64,000 bases of DNA from Pseudodesulfovibrio sp. GTDB lineage: Bacteria; Desulfobacterota; Desulfovibrionia; Desulfovibrionales; Desulfovibrionaceae. The stretch spans positions 4,592-68,591 of the forward strand of contig JAEINO010000013.1 of assembly GCA_016342345.1 (NCBI GenBank), given 5' to 3'. The translations under genes and the position numbers were made by a program. This document shows, in pieces, positions 25,698-36,542 of the stretch (position 1 is the first letter of the stretch; each line of letters opens with the position of its first letter). The notes under the pieces were generated by a model that saw only the letters and a program-made list of their open reading frames with translations, ran no database searches and was not told the origin of the DNA.

Positions 25698-27932
25698 TCA
25701 AACGCTGGAGAGTGCTGCAACTGCTGCTTTGAGTCTCGTGTTTTCCTTTCGGAGGGCGATGAGTCTTTTTTGACTTAAATCGAGTTCTTCCCGACGTGCG
25801 GCATTTTCAAGTTTGAGGGCGGCCCGGCGGGTCGCTTCGGCTCCGATGGAGGCGGCCACGCTTTTGAGGGTGTGGGTCTGGAACGCGACTTCGCGCAGGG
25901 TCCTGGTTTGTACGGCGCGTTCGGTCAGGTTCATCTTGAGGTTTATTTCGTTCATGGCATTGGGGAGCAGATGCAGAATTTCCGTCTTGGAAACTCCGAG
26001 GTGCGTGCTGGCGTATACCAGATCGAGAACCGGTGCGCTGTCCTGGTTTGGTTTTGATGTATCTTTGGAGTCGGGCCAGTCTCCGCCGAGAATTTGGCGC
26101 ATGGCCGCCCCAAGTTCACCGAAGCTTACGGGTTTGGCCACGAATCCGTTCATGCCTGTGCGTTTGCACCGTCTTTGCACATCGCTCAGGGCGTGAGCCG
26201 TGACCGCCAGGATCGGAATATCCGGTTGTCTGACGGGCCTGTCGAGTCCTTCTCCGCTTCGGATGTGGCGGCAGGTTTCATGGCCGTCCATGCCGGGCAT
26301 CTCCAAATCCATGAGCACCAGATCGTAGTCATTGTCGGCAAGGGCCGCGAGTGCCTTGGGTCCACTTTCGGCCATGGTGGTTGTCATGCCCATTCGGTCC
26401 AGATGGAGTTTTTCGACTTTCAGGTTGGTCGGGTTGTCATCCACCAGGAGTATGCGGGACGGAGTGATGGGCACCTGCATGTTCCATGTGGCATTTATCA
26501 GATCGACTTCGGTAGACTGTAGCGGGTCGCCTTTTTCGAACCGGGCCGTGAAGAGAAATTCGCAGCCGTTGTCAGGTCCGGATTCAAGCCAGATGTCCCC
26601 TTTCATGGCCGTGACGAGATCTTTGCAGATGGCCAGTCCCAGGCCCGACCCTCCGACTGTGCGGGATGTGCTTGAATCCACCTGGGAAAAAGCTTCAAAG
26701 ATGGATCTGGCCTTGTCCTTTGGTACGCCGGGACCGGTGTCCTTGACTGAAAACAGCAAGCCTACCGGGTGGTCGGGATCGACTACGTTTCTTGGGCACG
26801 GGCCCACAGTGGTGCGAATATATCCCTTTTGCGTGAATTTTATGGCGTTGTTGAGCAGGTTGATAAGTATCTGTCGGAGTCGGCCCGGATCGCCTTTTAT
26901 GAAGCTGGGTGTGCCGTCCATTATTTCGAGTTCCAGTTTCAGGCTTTTTTGTTCGGCTTGGAGTCGGACTGTCTTGACGGTTGAATGAAGCACCGCGGGC
27001 AGGTCGAAATGGGTGTTTATCAGGCGTAGCTTTCTAGCCTCGATTCGGGAGAAGTCGAGGATGTCGTTGATCATGTCGAGCAGATGGAGGGCCGATTCGC
27101 GGGCAGTTTCGATGTAGTCTCGCTGCTCGTTGTTGAGCGGGGTGTGCAGGGCTATTTCGGTCATGCCGAGGATGGCGTTCATGGGGGTGCGAATTTCGTG
27201 GCTGATGGCAGCCAGGAAATCGCTTTTGGCCTGATTGGCTTTTTCCGCGCTTCTGCGCGTTTCTTCGAGCAGGTTGTTTTTTTCTTCGATGAGTTTGCGA
27301 TTCATGAAGTCCCGGAAGGTATTGGCGTAGGTGACGTGGGCCACGACAAAGGAGACCCATGAGATGATCATGGCATTGATCAGATGGAATTTGATTGTGG
27401 TTGATTCCGGGACGAATACGTAAAGAGCCCCGGCAATGGTGGTCAGGCCGATTGTCAGGAGGGTGGTGGTTTGCCTGGTCGTCATGGCGATGAACGCCGA
27501 TGGGCCGAGCAGGAAGATGTAGATCGGCCCGATGCTTTCCTTGAGCGGGAACATGTAGCCCACGATGATGGCCGTGTAGGCGAGGAAGAAATAGATGTAG
27601 GCTTTCCATATCCAGTGGTGTTTCGGCTTGATGTCCTCAAGGTTTTTGAGTGGTCCGAACTGCCAGATGAAAATTCCGCAGGCGATCAGGGCAAAGGGAC
27701 GCATGATGACGATGCCGAGCCACATGTCATGTGCCGTGAGAGCTCTTGTCTGTTTGATGGTGAAATAATCGGCGAACAGGTAAAAAACGAGCGAAGAGAT
27801 CAGAAGCCATGTGACGGCCTTGAGCCTGCGGGAGTTGGACAGGGTCACTTCACGTTTGAATTCATCAAGCAGAGCGGCGGGAATCTTGGGTTCCCGGATG
27901 AGCTGCGGAAGTGTTTTTTGAAAATCGATCAT
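25698..27932 (-). CDS. Membrane hybrid histidine kinase (HisKA-HATPase-REC-Hpt)
   Basis: Multiple TM helices, ISHEIRTPMN, GGSGLGLAI, LVLMDLEMPGMDG, HTLKSVA. Confidence 0.92.
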   Translation of the reverse strand: MIDFQKTLPQLIREPKIPAALLDEFKREVTLSNSRRLKAVTWLLISSLVFYLFADYFTIKQTRALTAHDMWLGIVIMRPFALIACGIFIWQFGPLKNLEDIKPKHHWIWKAYIYFFLAYTAIIVGYMFPLKESIGPIYIFLLGPSAFIAMTTRQTTTLLTIGLTTIAGALYVFVPESTTIKFHLINAMIISWVSFVVAHVTYANTFRDFMNRKLIEEKNNLLEETRRSAEKANQAKSDFLAAISHEIRTPMNAILGMTEIALHTPLNNEQRDYIETARESALHLLDMINDILDFSRIEARKLRLINTHFDLPAVLHSTVKTVRLQAEQKSLKLELEIMDGTPSFIKGDPGRLRQILINLLNNAIKFTQKGYIRTTVGPCPRNVVDPDHPVGLLFSVKDTGPGVPKDKARSIFEAFSQVDSSTSRTVGGSGLGLAICKDLVTAMKGDIWLESGPDNGCEFLFTARFEKGDPLQSTEVDLINATWNMQVPITPSRILLVDDNPTNLKVEKLHLDRMGMTTTMAESGPKALAALADNDYDLVLMDLEMPGMDGHETCRHIRSGEGLDRPVRQPDIPILAVTAHALSDVQRRCKRTGMNGFVAKPVSFGELGAAMRQILGGDWPDSKDTSKPNQDSAPVLDLVYASTHLGVSKTEILHLLPNAMNEINLKMNLTERAVQTRTLREVAFQTHTLKSVAASIGAEATRRAALKLENAARREELDLSQKRLIALRKENTRLKAAVAALSSV

Positions 27933-28022
27933 GATTCAATCTCTCGAACCGGAGATACCATGGAACATCGTATTAAGAAAGTCTGATTGAACTGGTTGTT
28001 GGTTGCGGAGGACTGCCTTGGT

Positions 28023-30023
28023 TCAGAGAATGCCGACGTCCACAGTGAAGAGAAACTCCGTTCCCTGTCCGGGGGTGGAATTGATCGCGATGGTACCGCC
28101 CATGGCTGTCACAAATTCGTTTACAAGTGACAGGCCGATACCTGTGCCGCCGTGCCGCCTGGTCCGTGATCCGTCGGCCTGACGGAATGGTTCGAAAACT
28201 CGGTCCATCTGGTCGTCCGCGATGCCTATGCCGCTGTCGGAGACCGTGATTGAGATTTTCCCTCGGCCATCCTTTACGGTGTTGCCGAGAAGCGTGGCCG
28301 AAATATGGACACTTCCCATGTCCGTGAATTTTACGGCATTGCCTGTCAGGTGGAAGATGACCTGCCTGATCCTTCGGGGATCTCCTTCTAATGTCTTTGG
28401 TATGGTGTCGTCCACGGTATAGGTTAATTCTATATTTTTCTGGCTTGCCTCTATTCGGTAGGGAAGGGCCACAAGTTCGATGATTTCGGTCAGGTTGAAG
28501 CTTTGGGTGTTCAGGTCCAGGGCCTTGGCTTCCAGCACGGAGAAGTCGAGGATGTCGTTTAGAAGGGCCAGCAGGCTTCGGCCCGCACCCAGGGCATGGC
28601 CGGTCATTTCGTTCAATTCCTCGCCGAGGTCCTCTTCCTGGAAGAGTTGCAGCATGCCGAGAAGTATGTTGAGGGGTGTGCGAATTTCGTGGCTGATGTT
28701 GGCGAGGAAATCGCTTTTGGATCGGTTGGCATCCTCTGCGGCTTCCTTTGCGCGGATGAGCACGCTGACATCCATGATTGCCTGGATTTCAAATTGTCCA
28801 CTTGGCTGGTGAGCGGTACGGATTGCCTGGCGTGGACCGAGCTTGGTCTGCACTACGCATTGTTCGCCGTGCATGTCGGAAAGATTTTCGTCTTTTTCCT
28901 TTATTGGGAGGATGTAGTTTTCAACGGGTTTTCCCACGGTGCCGGGACCGAGCAGGTTGGATGCTTCCGGGTTGAGGTAGCGGATGACCGGGCCTATCTC
29001 GGTCAACTCAACTTTGAGGATGGGTATGGGAGAATTGTCGATGAACAGTTTCAGATCCTGTTCAGTGCGCTTGCGGCGAGTGACATCCTCGCGGATGAGA
29101 ATGCCGCCCATGAATTCTCCGTTTTCCATGAGCGGAGATGATCGAATGTTCTGCCAGGTCTCATCGCGTGCTCCGAATGGTGGAATATAGACATCTTCCA
29201 TGGATACGGATTTGCCCTTGAGAACCGTTTTTATCTTTTCGCTTATCCCGGCCCGGACAATACTCTGGATGTCATATATTTTTCTGCCAATATAGAATTC
29301 GGGCTGAATGAGCCCCTTGTCGAGCATGCGCATATGCCAGTCGTTGACGAATGTCACGGTTCCTTTATTGTCAAAGGCCATGATGGATACCGGAGTGGCC
29401 AGGGCGAGGGTCTTGTATCTTTCGTGGGTTTCCTTGAGGAATTGTTCGGCTCGGATCTGCTTGGACACATCAAGGGCTATGATCAGCATGGCCTTGGTTT
29501 TGCCTTCGGCGTTTTTCAGAGGATACGAGGAGTGGAGAGCTGCGAAGGTTTCGCCGGATTTGCGTATCATGGGTGTGCGTTTGCTGCCCTTTGACCCTGT
29601 CTCGCATGGCTCTTCGGCTGGATAAAATATGGACGTATCGCATCCCAGGACATCGGCCTTTCTGTAGCCGAAGATGTTTTCTGCGCCAGTGTTGAATTCG
29701 ATGATTCTACAGGTTGTGCCTGTGCGGGCGATGATGAAAGCAACATCCTGGGCTGCCTCCAGAATTCCTTCGAGGCGCATGCCGGTTTCTGTCAGTGTCT
29801 GGGAGGTTTGTGACATGTCGTCCACAAGAGAAACAACGGCTCCCTGCATGGACAGCTCTCGTTCGGTCAGTCCGTCATGGTAGGTCAGGAGTTCGTCCAA
29901 CAGGGCAAGAGCTTCGTCTGATGTGTCGGTCCCTTTGGCCAGAAGAGCCTCTCTGGCTTCCTGTGCGGATTCCCGAATTTCCTGAAGTGTTCTCTTGCTG
30001 TTTTTTGGCAACGTGTCATCCAT
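28023..30023 (-). CDS. Cytoplasmic multi-PAS histidine kinase
   Basis: PAS repeats, ISHEIRTPLN, NAVKFT, GGTGIGLS; no receiver domain. Confidence 0.9.
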   Translation of the reverse strand: MDDTLPKNSKRTLQEIRESAQEAREALLAKGTDTSDEALALLDELLTYHDGLTERELSMQGAVVSLVDDMSQTSQTLTETGMRLEGILEAAQDVAFIIARTGTTCRIIEFNTGAENIFGYRKADVLGCDTSIFYPAEEPCETGSKGSKRTPMIRKSGETFAALHSSYPLKNAEGKTKAMLIIALDVSKQIRAEQFLKETHERYKTLALATPVSIMAFDNKGTVTFVNDWHMRMLDKGLIQPEFYIGRKIYDIQSIVRAGISEKIKTVLKGKSVSMEDVYIPPFGARDETWQNIRSSPLMENGEFMGGILIREDVTRRKRTEQDLKLFIDNSPIPILKVELTEIGPVIRYLNPEASNLLGPGTVGKPVENYILPIKEKDENLSDMHGEQCVVQTKLGPRQAIRTAHQPSGQFEIQAIMDVSVLIRAKEAAEDANRSKSDFLANISHEIRTPLNILLGMLQLFQEEDLGEELNEMTGHALGAGRSLLALLNDILDFSVLEAKALDLNTQSFNLTEIIELVALPYRIEASQKNIELTYTVDDTIPKTLEGDPRRIRQVIFHLTGNAVKFTDMGSVHISATLLGNTVKDGRGKISITVSDSGIGIADDQMDRVFEPFRQADGSRTRRHGGTGIGLSLVNEFVTAMGGTIAINSTPGQGTEFLFTVDVGIL

Positions 30024-30104
30024 GACGTCTCGCTTGATTTGAATGCATATTTATGCACGTAGGATAACTGAAGAAGCGGATGGAAGAAAGGGAAAAGGAT
30101 TATT

Positions 30105-30500
30105 TTATAATACGTCATCCATTTGTGGGGTTTTGGTTTTGGCGGAGTGTTCACTTGTCCATTCCTCATATGTAGAACCCCACTGGCAGAGTGCTTCTAT
30201 GACCGGTATGACGCTTTGTCCCAGTTTGGTCAGGGAATATTCCACCTTGGGTGGTACCTGAGGGTAAACCTTACGGAAGACCGCACCATCGCTTTCCAGT
30301 TCACGGAGTTGCTGGGTGAGCATTTTCTGGGTGATATTGGGAATGGATCGTTTGATTTCGCTGAACCTGAGAGTTCCCTCCTTGCCGAGTCGATAGATGA
30401 TGATAGGCTTCCATTTGCCACCGATGACTTGCAGGGTCAGTTCCACTGTGCAGTAGTATTTTTTGTTGCCACATGTTTTCAGATTGCAGGCGTCGCTCAT
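30105..30500 (-). CDS. HxlR-family (MarR/DUF24) transcriptional regulator
   Basis: [42 protein letters not shown]; ATG 30500 with GGAG RBS. Confidence 0.92.
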   Translation of the reverse strand: MSDACNLKTCGNKKYYCTVELTLQVIGGKWKPIIIYRLGKEGTLRFSEIKRSIPNITQKMLTQQLRELESDGAVFRKVYPQVPPKVEYSLTKLGQSVIPVIEALCQWGSTYEEWTSEHSAKTKTPQMDDVL

Positions 30501-30560
30501 TCTTTGCTCCGAAGTTCTTTTTTGTGGTATTCGGTTTGTTGTGTGGTCCACGGACAGGGG

Positions 30561-30599
30561 GTCACGGTATCTTTTAGGTGACTATAACACTTTAAAGTG
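30561..30599. promoter_or_regulatory. Candidate operator palindromes in the HxlR/nitroreductase divergent region
   Basis: GTCAC-N12-GTGAC (30561-30582) and perfect CACTTTAAAGTG (30588-30599). Confidence 0.35.
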
Positions 30600-30683
30600 C
30601 GTACTTGATCTTTTCCTACTGTTAGCAGAAAAGAGAGTGACGGTAAACACAGCCTATTGTGAACAGAAAACAGGAGTACCAAT

Positions 30684-31193
30684 ATGGAATTGATGGAAGC
30701 GATACGCACCAGGCGCAGTATTCGGAAATATGAAAACAGGATTGTGCCGGAAGAAATGGTTCAGGAGATACTGGACGCGGCCATGATGGCCCCCAGTGCT
30801 GGTAACGCTCAGCCGTGGCAGTTCGTGGTCGTCACTGACCGTGAAATCCTTGACTCCATGCAGGACCTGCACCCTCATCTCAAGATGATCACCCAGGCAC
30901 CTCTTGGTATACTGATTTGTGGTGATCTGAGTTTGGAGAAGTTTGCGGGCTACTGGGTGCAGGACTGTGCGGCAGCCATGCAGAACATGCTGCTCGCCAC
31001 TCACGCCAAGGGACTTGGTGCGGTTTGGACCGGCATCCATCCCGTGGGGGAGCGTGTGATGGCTTTCAGGAAGCTTTTCAATCTGCCTGAGCATATCGCG
31101 CCGCTGGGTTTTGCCCCCATCGGCTGGCCGGCGCAGAAACTCAAGACGGAAAGCCGGTACCGCGAGGACCGGGTTCACATAAATAAGTGGTAG
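30684..31193 (+). CDS. Nitroreductase family protein
   Basis: RRSIRKY, APSAGNAQPW, QDCAAAMQNMLLA, GLGAVW. Confidence 0.92.
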   Translation: MELMEAIRTRRSIRKYENRIVPEEMVQEILDAAMMAPSAGNAQPWQFVVVTDREILDSMQDLHPHLKMITQAPLGILICGDLSLEKFAGYWVQDCAAAMQNMLLATHAKGLGAVWTGIHPVGERVMAFRKLFNLPEHIAPLGFAPIGWPAQKLKTESRYREDRVHINKW

Positions 31194-31203
31194 GAGGAAC
31201 ATC

Positions 31204-31779
31204 ATGAAAGTAGTCGGAATCAACGGTTCCGCCCGTAAGGGCGGCAATACTGCCGAGATGATCAAGCGCGTTTTTGCCCAACTCGAGGCAGAAGGCATCG
31301 AAACTGAAATGATAGAGCTGTCAGGCAAGAAGATGCGTGGATGCATCGCCTGTTACAAGTGTTTCGAAAATAAGGACCGCCGGTGTGCGGTGAACAATGA
31401 TTTCATGAACGAGTGTATTGCTGCCATGGATGCAGCTGATGGTATCATTCTTGGTTCGCCAACGTATTTCGCTAATATATCGACTGAGATGAAGGCGTTG
31501 GTTGATCGCTCCGGCATGGTTGGTCGGGCCAATGATGACATGTTTGCCCGCAAGGTCGGGGCTGGTGTTGTTTCCAGCCGTCGCGGTGGTTCCATTCAGG
31601 CTTTTAACGCGCTCAATGCCTTTTTCTTCATCGAGCAGATGATTGTACCCGGCTCTCGGTACTGGAATCAGGCTCGAGGTATGGAAAAGGGAGATGTGCT
31701 TGCGGATGCCGAAGGCATGGAGACCATGGACGTCCTTGGCAGCAACATGGCATGGTTGATGAAAAAATTGGAAAAATAG
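31204..31779 (+). CDS. Iron-sulfur flavoprotein / NADPH-dependent FMN reductase family
   Basis: GSARKGGNT, CIACYKC...C compact Cys motif, GSPTYF. Confidence 0.88.
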   Translation: MKVVGINGSARKGGNTAEMIKRVFAQLEAEGIETEMIELSGKKMRGCIACYKCFENKDRRCAVNNDFMNECIAAMDAADGIILGSPTYFANISTEMKALVDRSGMVGRANDDMFARKVGAGVVSSRRGGSIQAFNALNAFFFIEQMIVPGSRYWNQARGMEKGDVLADAEGMETMDVLGSNMAWLMKKLEK

Positions 31780-31835
31780 CAGGCTGGCGGTAGCATGGCG
31801 ACTGGTTTGGGAAGCCCTGTCGAGGGGCTTCCCGG

Positions 31836-34139
31836 CTAGTTGGGAAGGGTCACGATAATACTGGTTTCTCCAGGCGTGGAGGTGTCCGCCGTGATGTCAC
31901 CGCCGTGAGTGCGGGCAATGAGTCGGGCTGAATATGTTCCCAGGCCGGAACCGGAAGAGCCGTTTGAACTGGAGTATTTGTCGAAAAACGTGTCCCGGAT
32001 GGATTTTTGGATTTCTCCCTGATTGCGGATGATGATGGTGATGTCATCACCTCTTTGCAGGGTTACGGATACCGATCCGCTCTCGGGAGAGGCCTGCATG
32101 GCATTGAGGATCAGGTTGGAAAGCATGGATTTGAACAGATCTATTTCCACTGTGGCCCAGAAATGTTCATCCGTCAGATTCCCCGGAACATCAATGCCCA
32201 CACTGATGCCCTTTTCCCGGATAACGGGCAGGGTTTCGATCTTGATGCGTTCGAGAACCTGAAGCACGTCCACGGGTTTTTTTTTCAGGGAATATGTACC
32301 GCGTTCCATCTTGAACAGATCAAGCGACCTGTTGATGAGTTGGAGCATGGTATTGCCCGCATCCTCGATGGTGAAGAGCATGCTTTCCTGGGTCGTGGTC
32401 AGGGTGCCTAGTCTGCGAATTTCTTCGGGCAGGCCAACCACGGCACCCAGGGGTGTCCTGAGATCGTGTCGGGCCATGCGTTCAACATCGTCTCGCAGTG
32501 CTTCAGCCAATTTTCGATCCGTGATGTCGCGAGCCACGCTTTGTACGCCGATTCTTTCGTCTTCATCGTTGAATATGATGCCGAGACGGTTTTCCAACCA
32601 GACAGTGGAGCCGTCACTACAGGTGAACTCCAGATCAAGGATTGTGGACGGTGGTTTGGCCTGAATATCGGCCTGGCTTTTCAGGATATCCAGAGCCTCG
32701 GTCAGTCGATGTTGGGAAACCGGGGTCAGGAAGTCGTTGATGGGTCGCCCAAGCACATCACTTCGCTTGAAGCCTCGCAGGGTTTCATCCGAGGGGCTGA
32801 TGAACGTGAGTCGTGAGTCCGTGTCCAGCCCCCATATTATGTCCGTGACATTTTCGGCCAGCAGACGGTATTGCTTTTCGCGTTGGCGGAGGGCTTCTTC
32901 CATTAGTTTGCGGTCAGTGATGTCCGTACCCACACTCAGCAACTCGACCATCTGTCCCTTGCTATCCAGAATGGGTTCGTTGGTCCAGGCCACCCAGACT
33001 ATTTCGCCGTTTTTGCGCACGTTGATGTTTTCGTTGAAAGGGTGTGCCGGGGGATTTTTGAGAAGGCGGTTGATGAATCGCTTCATGGGTTCACCATGGA
33101 GGTTTTTCTTGGGGATAATGGTGCCGATGACGGGTTGTCCGATGAGTTCATTCGGCTCAAAACCATAGAAATCGGCTGCATGCTCATTGCAGAACGTGAT
33201 GTCTCCAGCCATGTTGATACGAAGGATGATGCTTTTGGCTGTCTGGACCAGACGTTGGTATTTTTCTCGTTCCTTGAGACGGCCTTGTATCATGAACAAG
33301 GCGGCCCACAGGGAGGCCATGATCATGAAGATTCCGGCCATGCCGCCGCCAATGATGTATGGCCTGTTGGGAGATGGAGGCCAGCCTTCGGTGGGTATGG
33401 CTGCCATCTGCCAGTAGCCATCTGAAATGGGGATGTTCAGGATCACCGGGTTCATGTCAAACAACGATTCCTTGCCGAGCAGCATGGTGCTCGGGTTGTT
33501 GTTGGTTTCCGGTTTTCGCAGGGCCAATTCGAGTCCGGGTGAAGCATCGGTGAGTCCCGCTTCCCTGTATAGGGCGTTGGCATCGATGAGCACTCCGATC
33601 AAACCCCAATAGTCTTCCGAGCCGTTCAGGTTTTCATTGTAGGTATAGACCGGGGTGGCTGCGATGATTGCTTTGCCTCCTTCGGGAATGGCTCTTGGTG
33701 CGGCTATCTGTCCTTGCCGGGTTTTCATGGATTTCAGAGTCAGCTCTTTGATATCATCGGGAAAGTCCTTTAACAGTTTGCGGCCCAGGATATGGTCGGC
33801 CCCCTTCTCCGGGTACACGTGCGTGATGGTGTTGCCCCGCGCCAACTCAAGAAAACGAATGCCGTTGACATCTGTTGTGAGTCCCTTGGCAAGGGCGGAA
33901 AAATGCTTTTGATCGATGTCCGGGTTCAGGCAGATGAAGGACTTGAGCGCGTTTGCCAGAGACAGTCTGGAGTTGAGTGCTTTTTCAAATCCGCTTTGAA
34001 TTGTGGAGAGTTCGTAGAAGACTTGCAGCCGTGTTTTTTGGGTGTGCCTTTCCTGTTCCGTAAGATATCCGGCAGAAATGACTGCGGCGAGAATTATGCC
34101 GATGAGCAGGGGGATGATGTGCGTGGCGCGTTTGAGCAT
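31836..34139 (-). CDS. CHASE-PAS-PAS sensor histidine kinase
   Basis: Two TM helices flanking an extracellular domain, two PAS/PAC domains, RHDLRTPL H-box, degenerate G boxes. Confidence 0.85.
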   Translation of the reverse strand: MLKRATHIIPLLIGIILAAVISAGYLTEQERHTQKTRLQVFYELSTIQSGFEKALNSRLSLANALKSFICLNPDIDQKHFSALAKGLTTDVNGIRFLELARGNTITHVYPEKGADHILGRKLLKDFPDDIKELTLKSMKTRQGQIAAPRAIPEGGKAIIAATPVYTYNENLNGSEDYWGLIGVLIDANALYREAGLTDASPGLELALRKPETNNNPSTMLLGKESLFDMNPVILNIPISDGYWQMAAIPTEGWPPSPNRPYIIGGGMAGIFMIMASLWAALFMIQGRLKEREKYQRLVQTAKSIILRINMAGDITFCNEHAADFYGFEPNELIGQPVIGTIIPKKNLHGEPMKRFINRLLKNPPAHPFNENINVRKNGEIVWVAWTNEPILDSKGQMVELLSVGTDITDRKLMEEALRQREKQYRLLAENVTDIIWGLDTDSRLTFISPSDETLRGFKRSDVLGRPINDFLTPVSQHRLTEALDILKSQADIQAKPPSTILDLEFTCSDGSTVWLENRLGIIFNDEDERIGVQSVARDITDRKLAEALRDDVERMARHDLRTPLGAVVGLPEEIRRLGTLTTTQESMLFTIEDAGNTMLQLINRSLDLFKMERGTYSLKKKPVDVLQVLERIKIETLPVIREKGISVGIDVPGNLTDEHFWATVEIDLFKSMLSNLILNAMQASPESGSVSVTLQRGDDITIIIRNQGEIQKSIRDTFFDKYSSSNGSSGSGLGTYSARLIARTHGGDITADTSTPGETSIIVTLPN

Positions 34140-34249
34140 ATGCTACGGAGGTCATTTTTGTGATGAGACGCACAAGTACTTGATTGCCATCATACCAAAC
34201 CGGATAGGAAAGTAAAAGGATAATGGAAAGTTTGGTTGCAGTCGTAAGA

Positions 34250-35143
34250 TCAGCTTCCGACCTTGGCTTCGGGAAGTGCCCGGGAATAGGCGTCGGGGCG
34301 GGGAAGTTTTACCAGGCTTTCGTGTGGGTTGAAGAGGAGGGTTTGTTGTTTGTGTCTGGTTTTTCCCATGCGCATCTTTCGGACTTCACGCAGGTTTCCA
34401 CTTCCGATGGGATCGAACGAAACAGACGGTGAGGACTTGGGGTCATTGAGAAAATCGAAGATGATATTTTCGGAAAGAGTGAACATTTCGTCAAGGTGAC
34501 GAGTATCCTGAGGCCAGGGCAGCAGCCGATCTGCCAGTCTCAGGGATTCGCCCCACCCTTTGCGTCCGGTGAGTTTCAGGCTTCCCTTGATGATCTGTTT
34601 TTTGAGCAGGAACGGCAGTCGTTTCCTGTGCATGGTCGAGAGCAGTGAACCATCGGTGTCCCTGTTGGGGCGTCTGAAGAGTGCCAGTGCACTTTCACGT
34701 TCGGTCTCGAATTTCTGGTCTGCCTGTGCCTCCACATAGACATGAGACAGCTTTCCGCCCGAGGGCATGGTCCACAACGTGTTTGGGACGAAATAGTTGT
34801 GCGCCACCACATCAGCGGCCAGATGGGTCAGGTATCCGTAGGCATAGGAAAGCAAACGCGGGTCTTTGGCAGAATTGAGAAGCTTGAACCCTGTTACCCA
34901 GTTGTGACTATGACCCAGACGGAAGCTCGACCCCTTGCCAATGAAAATGTCGGCAGAAAGGCATCCGTAGAGGAATGCGTTCTGGTGCCGAAAAAGAAGG
35001 GCGGCCATGAGCGGTGGCAGGCTGTTCATGCTGCCCAGCACGCTGTTGCCCAGAGCAAGGTGAACTCCCGGCCCCCAGGCCATGGCATGATCGGGAATCA
35101 ATATGGCTATCGTTAGTATGAAAATCGTAATCAATAAATTCAT
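34250..35143 (-). CDS. Zinc-dependent phospholipase C-family protein
   Basis: AWGPGVH N-terminal motif, GCLSAD, SH, YLTHLAADVVAHN, HVYVE; start uncertain. Confidence 0.75.
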   Translation of the reverse strand: MNLLITIFILTIAILIPDHAMAWGPGVHLALGNSVLGSMNSLPPLMAALLFRHQNAFLYGCLSADIFIGKGSSFRLGHSHNWVTGFKLLNSAKDPRLLSYAYGYLTHLAADVVAHNYFVPNTLWTMPSGGKLSHVYVEAQADQKFETERESALALFRRPNRDTDGSLLSTMHRKRLPFLLKKQIIKGSLKLTGRKGWGESLRLADRLLPWPQDTRHLDEMFTLSENIIFDFLNDPKSSPSVSFDPIGSGNLREVRKMRMGKTRHKQQTLLFNPHESLVKLPRPDAYSRALPEAKVGS

Positions 35144-35208
35144 ATGGATTTTATGCTCCGAATCAAGAGGTAAGGATGCCCATGGGAAAGTCAATGAGAA
35201 TGTGATTT

Positions 35209-35684
35209 TCATTTTATTTTCGGTGAATTGCCCGCTTGATGGCAGATGCCTTTCACATATGTTCCAGGGGTCATTCCCATGACTTTCTTGAAACATCTGG
35301 TCATGTGGCTTTGGTCCGAGAATCCGGCTTCGGCAGCAGCATTTGCCAGATCGGAACCTTGGACGACGAGCCGTTTTACCTCCCGGATGCGCAACATGTT
35401 TTGGTATTTATGGGGTGGCATGCCAACCTGAGTGGCAAAGATCCGGTTTAATCGGCAGGGACTGAGTCCTGTCAGGTCTGCCAGCGTGTTGAGTCGGATG
35501 TTTTCGGCACAGTGCTTTTCCAGGTATTTTCGTGTCAGAACGACTTTGTAGGAGGGTGATTCTGTCTCTTCATTGGCTGGATCGTATGCTCCATGGAGTC
35601 CATCCAGGCCAGACTGCTTGCTGGCGTATCTGTGTGCCGACTGGCGATCATGCCTGTGTCAATAGCTGTAGGGAAATCGTTCAT
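35209..35684 (-). pseudogene. Frameshifted AraC-type HTH regulator
   Basis: ATG 35684 with AAGAGGAG RBS stops at 35535-35537. The AraC HTH (...LADLTGLSPCRLNRIF...GFSDQSHMTRCFKK) is in the -1 frame, which has no ATG/GTG/TTG between an upstream TGA and ATG 35421. Confidence 0.6.
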
Positions 35685-35760
35685 GGTGTCTCCTCTTTGA
35701 GTTTTGGAGAGGATAGGCGATGAACGATGGTACGGTCTTGTACGATCTTGTCGGGCGAGG

Positions 35761-36534
35761 CTATTCCGCCAACCCGTTGTCTTCAATTTCGTTGATGAAT
35801 GTGTCCACCAGATCCGGGTCAAGGGCTTTGCCTGCAAGATCTCCGAGAATGGCGAATGCTTCCTGTGGCGTCTTGCCCTTCTGGTACGGGCGATTGGTGG
35901 TCATGGCATCAAAGCAGTCCACCACGGCCAGGATTTGTGCGCCAAGCGGGATGTCCGGGGCGGACAGGCCCCGTGGATATCCTTTGCCGTCGAGTCGCTC
36001 ATGGTGGTCGAAAACGTATTCCAGAGCTGGCCCAAGGAATTCGAGATTCTTGAGGATATCGTAACCCCATTGCGGATGGCTGCGGATTTCCAGCAACATG
36101 TCCTTGTTGATATGGGTATCTTCATTTGAAAAAATCTGGTCGCTGAAGCCGATTTTTCCGATATCGTGCAGGGTTCCTGCTATGCGGATGCGTTCCACCT
36201 CATCATCGGCCAGTTCCAGTCGCCGGGCCAGTCGTTCGGCATAGATGCCGACCCTTTCGCCGTGACCTTCGCTGTAGGCATCACGGGTACCAAGGGCGTT
36301 GGCAACCGCTGTCACGGTGTTGAGGGTGTTGAGTTTGATCCTGTCATAGAGTTGTTCCAGGTGGAATTCCCTGGCTTCGATCTTGACCATCATCATTCCC
36401 ACGGCTTCGGCCAATTCCTGAATTTCAGGGGGATAGCCGGGGCCGGTCAATTCAAGGATTTCGTCGGAGTACTTTCCGCCGGATATTTCCTTGATGATTC
36501 TGATCAGATGATCCTGTCCCTTGAGGAGTGGCAT
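35761..36534 (-). CDS. HD-GYP domain phosphodiesterase
   Basis: HGERV, HDIGK, HHERLDGKGYP, DCFDAMTTNRPY. Confidence 0.92.
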   Translation of the reverse strand: MPLLKGQDHLIRIIKEISGGKYSDEILELTGPGYPPEIQELAEAVGMMMVKIEAREFHLEQLYDRIKLNTLNTVTAVANALGTRDAYSEGHGERVGIYAERLARRLELADDEVERIRIAGTLHDIGKIGFSDQIFSNEDTHINKDMLLEIRSHPQWGYDILKNLEFLGPALEYVFDHHERLDGKGYPRGLSAPDIPLGAQILAVVDCFDAMTTNRPYQKGKTPQEAFAILGDLAGKALDPDLVDTFINEIEDNGLAE

Positions 36535-36542
36535 TTTCCCAC

